Positions 40,063 through 49,175 of a DNA stretch of 64,000 nt are shown here, in pieces. Source of the stretch: a virus; the IMG/VR virus record IMGVR_UViG_3300026512_000005, positions 51,991-115,990 of that record, one strand, 5' to 3'. Made by a program: the position numbers and the translations under genes. The stretch's first letter is position 1. Every line of letters begins with the position of its first letter. The notes under the pieces are model-generated. The model was given only the letters and a program-made list of their open reading frames with translations. It ran no database searches and was not told the origin of the DNA.

Positions 40063-40560
40063 TTACTTCAATGTTTTCCAGATCTTACCTAGCGTATAGT
40101 TATCAATAGTTTCTTCTGGGATAGGAGGCATCATAATACCATTCTTAGTACGACCACCCTTTCTTACATATGCCTTAAATTTTTCTACATCAGTGAATAT
40201 TGAACCTAGGTCACTTATCATCATATCTGGGGTATTATGACACGTCATACATACTGTACCATTTAACACACCAACACTCTTTTTATACTCATCAAAACTT
40301 TCTAGTACGAAATCTAATTTACTTTCTACTACATTATTCCGTTCAGCTATTTTTTGTACTGGAATATATGTAAGTATAGATATTATAAATATCAGTAGGA
40401 TTATGTATATATTAAATTTTTGTAGCGGTTGGTCTGATAATACTCGTTGTTCCATAACATAATCATATATATCATCTATCTTTTGTACATATATAGGAAT
40501 GAGTTCCTGATGTACTTCACCCATATCCTCTTCTATAGTTGATGTTTCACCTTTCTTCAT
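40063..40560 (-). CDS. Membrane-anchored class I c-type cytochrome-like protein
   Basis: TM helix at aa ~50-67; CMTCH at aa 104-108; F..YVRKG followed by MMPP (distal Met) and a C-terminal helix. Confidence 0.7.
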   Translation of the reverse strand: MKKGETSTIEEDMGEVHQELIPIYVQKIDDIYDYVMEQRVLSDQPLQKFNIYIILLIFIISILTYIPVQKIAERNNVVESKLDFVLESFDEYKKSVGVLNGTVCMTCHNTPDMMISDLGSIFTDVEKFKAYVRKGGRTKNGIMMPPIPEETIDNYTLGKIWKTLK

Positions 40561-40566
40561 AATAGG

Positions 40567-40941
40567 TTATCCTTTCTTGTTTTTATTTATCCCTAGATCT
40601 TCTTTACTCATTTCTTCTACAGTTTTAACAACCTTAGCCTGTAACATACTGAATACTTCACCACTTGCAGTTGCTACTAAACAGCTTATAAAAATAACTA
40701 AATTAATATCATTAATATATTTTAAATAATCAAGTAGTAAGTAAGTACCTATACCCACAAAGCCACCTATTAGCATATTCACAAAGAAATAAACTCGTTC
40801 ATAACTCCAGTTTATTTCACCATTATTATTGCGTGCGATTATCTTCTTGTTATTTAACAACTTCCACGATCTACTCATGATCGCAACTGCCCCAGCCAAT
40901 AAGTAAATTAATACATATAATAGGTAATCAAATTTGTCCAT
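40567..40941 (-). CDS. Putative holin (three TM helices, basic C-terminus)
   Basis: 124 aa with three hydrophobic helices, GGFVG glycine pattern and a KNKKG tail. Confidence 0.6.
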   Translation of the reverse strand: MDKFDYLLYVLIYLLAGAVAIMSRSWKLLNNKKIIARNNNGEINWSYERVYFFVNMLIGGFVGIGTYLLLDYLKYINDINLVIFISCLVATASGEVFSMLQAKVVKTVEEMSKEDLGINKNKKG

Positions 40942-41095
40942 ACTTTTTATTTAAAGATTATAGTTTATACAAACATATGTCTTCATCTCCCTGTCTTTTA
41001 TTTTTCCTATATATTTTATAAAAGGTAATCTATTATTTATATAGTTCAATAAAAAAGAAAAAAAGTACTTCGGTATAGGTGAACAGACTTATTGT

Positions 41096-41512
41096 CTATT
41101 CACTTATATGTTCTTTTGTACGTATCTTGATGTAAACATCCTTTCCGGACAGCCACGGTAAGTCGTACCTCATAGTATATATAATATTTTGTACTACAAT
41201 ACCTTCTACACCTATACACCTTCCCTTTTCAGCTAGTGGTACCATTAACTTAATGCGAACACTTTGATACTTCTTAAGCTTATTCTGTGGTATAATAACA
41301 TACCCGATAGGTAAAGTTATAATATAGTATCGATATTTATATTTAGATGTACCATTATTAATATCTTCTAATAATTCTATAAAATCATCTTCTTCCTCTT
41401 TAGAATAATCCTTTCCTAGAACATCTTCTACAGTGAAACTATAAAACATCCTAGGTACGAACCCTTTAATTATTAATAGATTACTTCTATACTTAATTTG
41501 TCTTTCCATCAA
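41096..41512 (-). CDS. Hypothetical protein
   Basis: 138 aa ORF overlapping the upstream gene. Confidence 0.5.
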   Translation of the reverse strand: MMERQIKYRSNLLIIKGFVPRMFYSFTVEDVLGKDYSKEEEDDFIELLEDINNGTSKYKYRYYIITLPIGYVIIPQNKLKKYQSVRIKLMVPLAEKGRCIGVEGIVVQNIIYTMRYDLPWLSGKDVYIKIRTKEHISE

Positions 41513-41973
41513 TTATCCTTCAATTGCTGCTCACCCATGAATTTTGCGAACATCTCTATAGTGTATTCATAACTACGTTTATGTGCCATGAGTACTACGT
41601 TAGTTGTATCCTCAGGGATTTCTGTTAACCCTGCATAACCACACTGGCTGTATTTTTTACTGCCATAATCTTTACATATAATCGGACGATCTGCATATAC
41701 ACTACATTTGTTGTCTTTGTAAAAGACACACTTCTTACTAATGTCTATCGCCTGACCCTTGGGGGATAGTCTAAATGTATCACCTTTTCCAGGGTTATGC
41801 TGTTTAGTTATATGTTTAAACGAATACTTCGCTGACAGTCTTTTAATGTCATCCTTCGTAAAAATAACATCCTGACTACAGCACTCACCACCACATTCAT
41901 CGCATGGTAACCTACCTGTAATCTCCTCTTGACGCAAAAAATTCATGAACTCACTATTGAGCATCTCATCCAT
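41509..41973 (-). CDS. YkgJ-family CxxCxxCC zinc/iron-sulfur cluster protein
   Basis: CDECGGECC ... CVFY...CSVY..RP..C..Y. Confidence 0.85.
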   Translation of the reverse strand: MDEMLNSEFMNFLRQEEITGRLPCDECGGECCSQDVIFTKDDIKRLSAKYSFKHITKQHNPGKGDTFRLSPKGQAIDISKKCVFYKDNKCSVYADRPIICKDYGSKKYSQCGYAGLTEIPEDTTNVVLMAHKRSYEYTIEMFAKFMGEQQLKDN

Positions 41974-41989
41974 ACTATCTCCTTTATGG

Positions 41990-42355
41990 TTATCTTCTGT
42001 TTATACTCCATCGTAACTCCGTTCTAATACGTGTTGCGACATCTGTAAGTAATTCAAAATCATTAATATCTGTTATATACTCATCGTGTTCTTTCATTAA
42101 TATCAGGATAATCTGCGGTAGGTTATCGCCTATAATTTCACTCATCTGTAGTAATTTCTTATCCGAGACATAATGAGCTTGCTCTAAATAATAAGCCATG
42201 TTATATTTCAGTTTTATTATGTTTATCTTACGATTAAGATCGTTATACTCTTTACTACCATACGCGTATAGGTATAACCGTTTCTGCTTTCGTTGCATAT
42301 GATTTTTAAACCGTCTACTAGTTATTTCGATTATTACTTTATTTATTAAGAACAT
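41990..42355 (-). CDS. Hypothetical protein
   Basis: 121 aa ORF overlapping the upstream gene. Confidence 0.5.
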   Translation of the reverse strand: MFLINKVIIEITSRRFKNHMQRKQKRLYLYAYGSKEYNDLNRKINIIKLKYNMAYYLEQAHYVSDKKLLQMSEIIGDNLPQIILILMKEHDEYITDINDFELLTDVATRIRTELRWSINRR

Positions 42356-42833
42356 TGGATACTAGCCTTTTAAAAGCTTTACTAGATGAATAACAAATAG
42401 TTTTTGCTTTGTGGTATATTGAACGTTTTTGCAAACGATCTAGTAATTGTTCATTTCGGATTATAATCGTCGTGAGTAACATTAAATGTTTTATATCAGT
42501 AAACCCACGTTCTGATTTACTGTTCATAAAACGTACATAATCTTCTAAGGCTACCTTATGAACGACTATCTTATTCTTAACGCGTGCAACGCGTATTCGT
42601 TGTTTTAATTTATAATCAGAACTAGGTACTATATTATCCAGTAAGTTATAAAAACTCTCATAATTATGTACATGTAAACTAGTTATTGATAACCTGTCAT
42701 CTTTTGTATCAATTCTGACACGCTCCAAATTCTGCATTGTATGGAACATAAAAACTGCTTGTACCATTAATGTTTTATGCTTTATTGGTATACCTTCTAT
42801 TACGGTATAAACACCCATTTCATTATACGTCAT
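42339..42833 (-). CDS. Hypothetical early protein
   Basis: Start moved to MTYNEM (AAGGA RBS, downstream of the early promoter at 42869-42886). Confidence 0.55.
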   Translation of the reverse strand: MTYNEMGVYTVIEGIPIKHKTLMVQAVFMFHTMQNLERVRIDTKDDRLSITSLHVHNYESFYNLLDNIVPSSDYKLKQRIRVARVKNKIVVHKVALEDYVRFMNSKSERGFTDIKHLMLLTTIIIRNEQLLDRLQKRSIYHKAKTICYSSSKAFKRLVSNVLNK

Positions 42834-42868
42834 GTATATATTTCCTTTTTGGTTAAATTTGTACATTG

Positions 42869-42886
42869 TACTATATAAGTAATATA
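42869..42886 (-). promoter_or_regulatory. Putative early promoter
   Basis: TATATTACTTATATAG. Confidence 0.6.
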
Positions 42887-42905
42887 AAAGTAAAAAAAGA
42901 TGGAT

Positions 42906-42933
42906 ACTAGTATGTACATATGTACATACTAGT
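42906..42933. terminator. 28-bp perfect palindrome with minus-strand U-tract
   Basis: ACTAGTATGTACATATGTACATACTAGT. Confidence 0.6.
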
Positions 42934-43078
42934 TTATTTATCATCTGTAAGTTACTTTTAACTGTAGTAAGAAACTAATTAGAGTTATTTAGAACAACCT
43001 GAACAGATGCTTCGATCCGAGTAACATTAATACTGTGAACTCGCCATCTGTCCTCAACTCGTTTCAACATTCTTTAAC

Positions 43079-43600
43079 TCACATTAAACTTATCTTCCCA
43101 TTCTGTGAACTTCGACAATACCTGTCATCACCAAATAAAGTTGACTCTAAATGTAATCGTAAACTATTCATAATCAACAAACGACCATACTTGTAGAGTA
43201 TATGTTTATTACACTTTAAATCCAACTTACCTATGGGATCATTCAACAGGTAGAGTATTTCTTCTATCACATTATCTAGTGTACCGGTATCTAAACCAAT
43301 TATTGATAAGTAAAAGTTTATACACTCACCTTCATTACTACGTCTAACTACATTCTTGCTATAAATACGGTATTTATTCATTAGAATTAAATTAAATATT
43401 AGAGCAACTTTCTCCTTAACCGCAGTACCATTTATACCCGTGCTACTATATATTACTAACTTATCAGCGTTAGACTGTAAACGTAGTCCATAACTCGGAT
43501 ACATCAACTTTAAAACACGTACGAAAAGCATGAGATCATCTAGAAATGTATGAAAATGTTCATTACCTTTTTCTATTTCAAATATACGATATGTTCGCAT
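43079..43600 (-). CDS. Hypothetical protein
   Basis: 173 aa ORF coupled to the upstream gene. Confidence 0.55.
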   Translation of the reverse strand: MRTYRIFEIEKGNEHFHTFLDDLMLFVRVLKLMYPSYGLRLQSNADKLVIYSSTGINGTAVKEKVALIFNLILMNKYRIYSKNVVRRSNEGECINFYLSIIGLDTGTLDNVIEEILYLLNDPIGKLDLKCNKHILYKYGRLLIMNSLRLHLESTLFGDDRYCRSSQNGKISLM

Positions 43601-43604
43601 TTGG

Positions 43605-44606
43605 TTAATCCTGCTCGATTTCTATATCATATCCTAGTTGTTTAACATACTTCATAAGCATAGTCGCAGTTATATCATTAATAAGTTTCGATGACACAAC
43701 TAATGGTTCTAACGTTTGTATGTACTCATCAAGTACGTTAGTAATAAATTCCATATCTAGGATATGTGTTCGGATATACTTCAACGATTTTACTTCTAGA
43801 TATAACCCTTTAATACGTTTATCAACCATTTTCATTACCGCTGTATAAATTTGTACTTCCGCAGTAATACCGTTAAACTCAAATGCATATAGGAAACTAA
43901 TAATATCTCCAATACTAATGTTATCCCCTTTAGTAGTTTTACGGCTCAATTGTTCGATAAATCTAGCACTATCCGCAAAGTACACTCCATCGGTAAATAA
44001 TGTTTGCTCTAATGTTTTTACTAGATCACATTTATTCAGAAAGGTATTATCCAGTGTATCTACATAATCATTAGTAGCATCTTCCACATAACGAATAGTT
44101 TCCAATAGACCGGTTCTGTTGTAGAACAAAATATGTGTATTTGTAAACTTTATACTACATATGTCATCATTAAACTCGTCGAACACCATATTTAGACCGG
44201 AAGCAATGCTCTCTAATAATATAGGCGTCAGTTGATTTTCTAACACTTTCTCACCACTGAATACGTCACTCAATGATAGAAGGATCTTATCATTATCGCA
44301 AACACCTATAGTTGTTTCATCAAAGTGTGTATTCAGTACAAGTTGTACTTTTCGATGTTGTCGTATCAACACTGCTAAATCTATCCCTGCATAAACCTTA
44401 GTTGGTTCAGCTTCATCTAGTAACTCTAATAATCGTGCAGCAAAGCTTTCATCGCTAGTATGACCCTGCCACAATTCATCATATAACTTTTCATATGCTT
44501 CACTTTGCGTGCAAATATCATGTCTATTACACTTAATATTACCATATGTAAATGAACCAAATTGTATTGATTGTTTTAGTTTGTTAATCATCTGTACCGT
44601 TTCCAT
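43605..44606 (-). CDS. Hypothetical early protein
   Basis: 333 aa, AAGGA RBS, early promoter motif at 44721. Confidence 0.6.
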   Translation of the reverse strand: METVQMINKLKQSIQFGSFTYGNIKCNRHDICTQSEAYEKLYDELWQGHTSDESFAARLLELLDEAEPTKVYAGIDLAVLIRQHRKVQLVLNTHFDETTIGVCDNDKILLSLSDVFSGEKVLENQLTPILLESIASGLNMVFDEFNDDICSIKFTNTHILFYNRTGLLETIRYVEDATNDYVDTLDNTFLNKCDLVKTLEQTLFTDGVYFADSARFIEQLSRKTTKGDNISIGDIISFLYAFEFNGITAEVQIYTAVMKMVDKRIKGLYLEVKSLKYIRTHILDMEFITNVLDEYIQTLEPLVVSSKLINDITATMLMKYVKQLGYDIEIEQD

Positions 44607-44720
44607 TGTTTCTTCCTTTTTCTTATTATATATATATATATATACATCTGTATAACTATTAATATTAATAGTAACCTAATTAAACCCTACACCTAGTTAT
44701 TCTCCTATATGTTGTTATAT

Positions 44721-44738
44721 TTACATTTTAATAATATA
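44721..44738 (-). promoter_or_regulatory. Putative early promoter
   Basis: TATATTATTAAAATG. Confidence 0.65.
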
Positions 44739-44761
44739 TAGATAAAAAAATTTGGATGTAC

Positions 44762-45049
44762 CTATTTTCTTTCTATATTAGTTATTATACTAAGTCTACT
44801 AGCAACCATAGGGTAACATGCTACTATAAAAGAATTACCTATATTCATTATCTTAACTACATCTTCATGGTCTAAGGCTAACACATTTATATCCCTTACA
44901 TCAATTTCATACGTGTAACCCATTGAGTCGATACACACTTTATCTTCTCTAACAACACATTTATATTCACCACTCTTTTTATTAGTTAATAATTCGTTAA
45001 TGAATACTCTACTAACTAATGAAATTACATTATTACTCTCATTACACAT
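44762..45049 (-). CDS. Hypothetical early protein
   Basis: 95 aa, AAGGA RBS, early promoter motif at 45089. Confidence 0.55.
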   Translation of the reverse strand: MCNESNNVISLVSRVFINELLTNKKSGEYKCVVREDKVCIDSMGYTYEIDVRDINVLALDHEDVVKIMNIGNSFIVACYPMVASRLSIITNIERK

Positions 45050-45088
45050 CTTTCTATCCTTTTCTAATTTAGTACCAGTATATTTTTA

Positions 45089-45106
45089 TACCATTTTAAT
45101 AATATA
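45089..45106 (-). promoter_or_regulatory. Putative early promoter
   Basis: TATATTATTAAAATGG. Confidence 0.65.
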
Positions 45107-45254
45107 TAAGTATATATATTTAGATATATTGTTATATATATCTATTAAGATTATAGCTCTATACATAGTCTTTAATAATCCTATATAATTATAATACTCT
45201 TAAGGTAGATGTTACCTAAGATATAATAAAGGATATATATATATAACTAATAAT

Positions 45255-45490
45255 CTTCATCCTCCCACGCCCACCCAAACGTGTAAGTCCTTCCTAAGGT
45301 CAGGTCTTACATCCTCCCCTCCTTTCCCCACTGTTCACAGTAGTTGCTGTGTACGATTATGTCCGATAACTTCACACGCAGGGACTGGCGTTCCAACCAG
45401 TCCCTGTATGCTACTCGTCCATAAAATAAGAGTGGTCGCTACGGTTCTCGTAACTAGATAGCAGTGATCGCAACTAGACTTGGTTATTAT
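45255..45490. other. GC-rich structured non-coding island (ncRNA or replication/packaging element)
   Basis: C-tracts, CATCCTCCC twice, hairpins 45282-45311 and 45379-45406; flanked by a TA-rich tract. Confidence 0.45.
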
Positions 45491-45621
45491 GTAATAAGAG
45501 TTAAGCTAGTATTTAGATATGATTATCCTTCTTAGTTTTTAAATCATTTTATAACTATGCATATAAAAAAAAGTTTATATTTACTATATAAGAATGGGTT
45601 GATATATAAAAAAGGATAATT

Positions 45622-47778
45622 ATGTTACAACATAGAAGTTTGGAATATGAATTTAATAGTAGAACTCATAGATATAAGATAAAAATAGACAAAGCTCTAA
45701 TGGTAGAGAAAGCTATTAAAAAGTTAATAGGTAAGACGGCAGTCAAACACATGTTTATTAAAGTTAATAATATCGGTTTTGAAGTATATGATTTCTTTCT
45801 TCTAGAGTTAGAGTTCTGTCTAAACTTCATGAAAGAGGAAAACCATATTTTAGCTTTAGATATTGGTGGTATTGTACTCAATGATTTACTAGATTTTCTA
45901 CGTACTAAAACATGGTTACATAGTAGACACATTGTTAATACTAAGAAATTATTTGATTTCAACAATTTAAAAAAGAATATGTTATATATGCCATTGGAAC
46001 ATCAAGTCAGTGCCTTTGATAAATATGAAGAAATTAAACAATATGCTAATTTAAAAGGCGGTATGTTGGATATTGCTGCTGGTGGCGGTAAAACCTTTTC
46101 TTCTTTAGCCATGGTCGAATTATTAGACTACGATTTAGTTATAATAATAGCACCTAAAAACACGTTAGGTGAAGTATGGGAGAAATCAGTTAGTGAAGAA
46201 CTATACAGACAGAAACAAAGCAATGTTATACTTGGTACCAATAGTAAGGTTTATAACAACGAAAAGTTTATAATAACACATTATCAATATGTAGAGAAAA
46301 TACTTAAAGATAAGAAATTAGCACGACGTGTTAAAAGATTAAAACCTGCATTAATTATTGATGAGTTCCATAACCTTAACGAAATTAAGTCAGAACGTAC
46401 GAATAACATCCTTAATTTTATTAACTACATCAAGTTCAGGGATGTTATTTTATTAACAGGTACCCCCATTAAAATGGTCGTGAACGAACTAGTTCCTATG
46501 TTGTATATACTAGATGATAAATTCCCAAAGGTTGTAGACAGATTTAAAGAATTCTATAGAAGTCTAACTGGTATAAAAGTCGACCTAATTAGACATAGAT
46601 TTAATCTATATAGAAAACGTATAGAAAATACAAATCCAAGTATGGGTAATATTGAATTAATAGAATATAAACTTAAGGTTCCTGATGGCGAACAATATAC
46701 TATGGGGAATATCAATGCACGTATGACTGAATATAAACATACTAGATTAGAAGAGTTATTTAATCATATGGATGAATATGAATTACAGTTCTATACCTAC
46801 ATAGATAGTATGTCTGATTTATATAAGAAGGATGATGCTTTCATAGAGTCTAAAGAAAAAATAAAACGGTATAGACGATTGGTAAAGATAATACGTAAGG
46901 CTTCTGACGATAACAAATTATTTAATTTCTATACAGAGGTTAGTGAAGCTTCATTAATAGAAAAAGAATGGATATTACCAAAGTTAAAAGGTTATGATAA
47001 ACACAACTTTAAACAATTACGTTCTATTATTAAATACCCCAAACTGAAGGTACTTGGCGAAGCGTTGGGTAAAATATTGTTAGGTAGTAGAATACGTTGT
47101 TATACATCTCTAGCGGAACAGATTGACTACAAGAAACACCTTTTATTAACCAATAAGAAAGGTCTAGTATTTAGTAACTATATATCGGTATGTAATGTGG
47201 CGGTAGAACGTTGTCGTAAACAAGGTTATAACCCAGTAGGTGTATATGGTGATTTAATAGATAACTTAGATAATAATGTTAAACAGTTTAATGACTTAGA
47301 GACGGACATTAACCCTATCATAGCTACCTATAAATCACTAAGTACTGGCGTACCTTTACCATCTGCTAATATCGTTATACTCATAGATGTGCCGATGCGT
47401 GTTTATAATTTAGAACAGGCTATAAGTAGGTCTTATAGACTTGGTAACTATGAAGATGTTCTAGTTCTGTTTACAAAACTTGATACTGGTACAGAATTTA
47501 ATATAACTGAACGTGATTTATTTATAGTAAATACTAGTGAACATAATGTTGAGTTAATAACTGGTACTAGTCCAGTTTTCGATACACCTAAACAGGACTT
47601 ACCACTATCAGAATTAGAAGACGATGAAGACGATGATGGTGAAGTCATAAACGAGATAAAAGAAGAAATAGAGGAGATAGTATTAGCCGAGTTTAACAAG
47701 ATGGATGTTAAAATAAAACTTGGTACTAATCCATTAGATTATGTTAAATCAGTTTTAAAAAAGATAACTTTCATATAG
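45622..47778 (+). CDS. Superfamily 2 (DEAD/SNF2-like) helicase
   Basis: Q motif HQ, AAGGGKT, IIDEFH, LTGTP, STGV and QAISR..RLG motifs. Confidence 0.9.
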   Translation: MLQHRSLEYEFNSRTHRYKIKIDKALMVEKAIKKLIGKTAVKHMFIKVNNIGFEVYDFFLLELEFCLNFMKEENHILALDIGGIVLNDLLDFLRTKTWLHSRHIVNTKKLFDFNNLKKNMLYMPLEHQVSAFDKYEEIKQYANLKGGMLDIAAGGGKTFSSLAMVELLDYDLVIIIAPKNTLGEVWEKSVSEELYRQKQSNVILGTNSKVYNNEKFIITHYQYVEKILKDKKLARRVKRLKPALIIDEFHNLNEIKSERTNNILNFINYIKFRDVILLTGTPIKMVVNELVPMLYILDDKFPKVVDRFKEFYRSLTGIKVDLIRHRFNLYRKRIENTNPSMGNIELIEYKLKVPDGEQYTMGNINARMTEYKHTRLEELFNHMDEYELQFYTYIDSMSDLYKKDDAFIESKEKIKRYRRLVKIIRKASDDNKLFNFYTEVSEASLIEKEWILPKLKGYDKHNFKQLRSIIKYPKLKVLGEALGKILLGSRIRCYTSLAEQIDYKKHLLLTNKKGLVFSNYISVCNVAVERCRKQGYNPVGVYGDLIDNLDNNVKQFNDLETDINPIIATYKSLSTGVPLPSANIVILIDVPMRVYNLEQAISRSYRLGNYEDVLVLFTKLDTGTEFNITERDLFIVNTSEHNVELITGTSPVFDTPKQDLPLSELEDDEDDDGEVINEIKEEIEEIVLAEFNKMDVKIKLGTNPLDYVKSVLKKITFI

Positions 47779-47803
47779 TACTAGGGTTATCCCTAGTACT
47801 ATA
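47774..47803. terminator. Bidirectional hairpin between convergent genes
   Basis: TATAGTACTAGGG-ttat-CCCTAGTACTATA. Confidence 0.65.
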
Positions 47804-48005
47804 CTTTATTAATATTGTATTTGAAGTGTGCTCTAACTAAAATGGCTAATACACCAAATACTGATGCATGCACTATACTTAAAACATATGATACATTTGT
47901 AAAGTTGTTAACATAATGTAGAGATACAACCATGTAAGAAATATAACAAATAAATGCTAATAATACAAATCTAAAAAACAACTTAATCTTGTAATCATCT
48001 ATCAT
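47799..48005 (-). CDS. Small two-TM membrane protein
   Basis: 68 aa, AGGAGG RBS, two hydrophobic helices. Confidence 0.6.
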   Translation of the reverse strand: MIDDYKIKLFFRFVLLAFICYISYMVVSLHYVNNFTNVSYVLSIVHASVFGVLAILVRAHFKYNINKV

Positions 48006-48067
48006 CTCTTCCTCCTTTCTATAAAAAGATACCTATCAGTAGAAAAAGAAAGAAACGGTTATTAAAA

Positions 48068-48093
48068 CTATTGCATGCGTTAGCATGCAATAG
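48068..48093. terminator. Hairpin after MYG1
   Basis: CTATTGCATGC-gtta-GCATGCAATAG. Confidence 0.6.
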
Positions 48094-48095
48094 AT

Positions 48096-49037
48096 CTATT
48101 CACAATATAGGTCTAGGTACTTATGTAGATCTTCTCGTGTCTGGGCTACCATAAAGAACCCCCCTTTGAGAACAAATACTATACCGTTTGATTTATCATT
48201 GATATATTCCTCATCAACTATGATACGTCTGTTACGTCTATTGCTATGATTATTTGTTCCATCTTTATTCACCGTTTGTGCTTGCCAATTTTTGTTTACA
48301 TTATTATATGTAATTATCAAATCTACATTTTTATATTGTGGCTCGTAAATTATCTCTTGCCATCCTCTCGGAAAAGTGGTAAATTCTAAAGCATAGAAAT
48401 CGCTATTTAAATCCGGTAGTGTGATTCCTGCTTCACAGAAGAGGCGTTTGGTATTTTCTAACTCGTCATTTGTTCTATTTAACGAACGTATAATACGCTC
48501 AACCATATCCATAGCACTCATGTAAGCCGTATGGTCATCCTCATCTGAGGCATTGAAATCTTCATTCATATGGTTTATTATCCAGGACATTTCACCAGCG
48601 AGAGCAGGACTAACCCCTGTAGTAACATTATCTACACTACGGATTATACGCTCCATGGACTTTCTTAACCCTTCGTTGATTGTCCCTTCAGATATTAGCC
48701 AATCGAAAACCATACCTGCTGATGCACGGTTATCCTCCACAGTTGTAAACTGGTGATGGTCAAATAGACCCTCACTAGGGATATAATCACGACCCACATC
48801 ATATACTATAACATAGGCGTTATTGTATTTCTTTTTAAATATAATCTGCAACTCTTTACCTGTACTGGCAACACGGTCGGTTCTTTCAACAACCACAGAT
48901 TTGAATAACTTTAATTTTTCGACTAGAAAGTATTTTAATAACGCACCGGCTGTAACATCGTCAGCATGGAAGTTCTCCCAATGCGTCACTAATACTAATG
49001 TATCTAATTTTTCTTTTTTCATTGTTTTTATGTTCAC
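48096..49037 (-). CDS. MYG1 (UPF0160) family DHH-like 3'-5' exonuclease
   Basis: TH...FHADD, YDVG, FDHHQ, ASAG.V, .DN and FV..GGF motifs. Confidence 0.85.
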   Translation of the reverse strand: MNIKTMKKEKLDTLVLVTHWENFHADDVTAGALLKYFLVEKLKLFKSVVVERTDRVASTGKELQIIFKKKYNNAYVIVYDVGRDYIPSEGLFDHHQFTTVEDNRASAGMVFDWLISEGTINEGLRKSMERIIRSVDNVTTGVSPALAGEMSWIINHMNEDFNASDEDDHTAYMSAMDMVERIIRSLNRTNDELENTKRLFCEAGITLPDLNSDFYALEFTTFPRGWQEIIYEPQYKNVDLIITYNNVNKNWQAQTVNKDGTNNHSNRRNRRIIVDEEYINDKSNGIVFVLKGGFFMVAQTREDLHKYLDLYCE

Positions 49038-49106
49038 TTTTTTATCCTTTTGGGAAGTTGGGTGTATCTACCTTGTCATTTCTGACTACCTTTTATAACT
49101 ACAGCT

Positions 49107-49124
49107 CTACATATAAGTAATAAA
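49107..49124 (-). promoter_or_regulatory. Putative early promoter
   Basis: TTTATTACTTATATG upstream of MYG1. Confidence 0.55.
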
Positions 49125-49175
49125 CGAGTATGACTGAACAAGAACACTATAGTAGGAATTACCCCACTATAGATT

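Noticed and set aside
42834-42944. N-terminal extension of ORF 42339-42944; likewise 29035-29352, 53284-53430 and 23368-23421
   Set aside because: The extensions run through promoters, terminators or opposite-strand genes, and downstream ATGs have proper RBSs.
44628-44644. (TA)n microsatellite
   Set aside because: Short and expected in a very AT-rich intergenic region.
45255-45490. Retron msr-msd or DGR element
   Set aside because: No reverse transcriptase and no template/variable repeat pair in the window.
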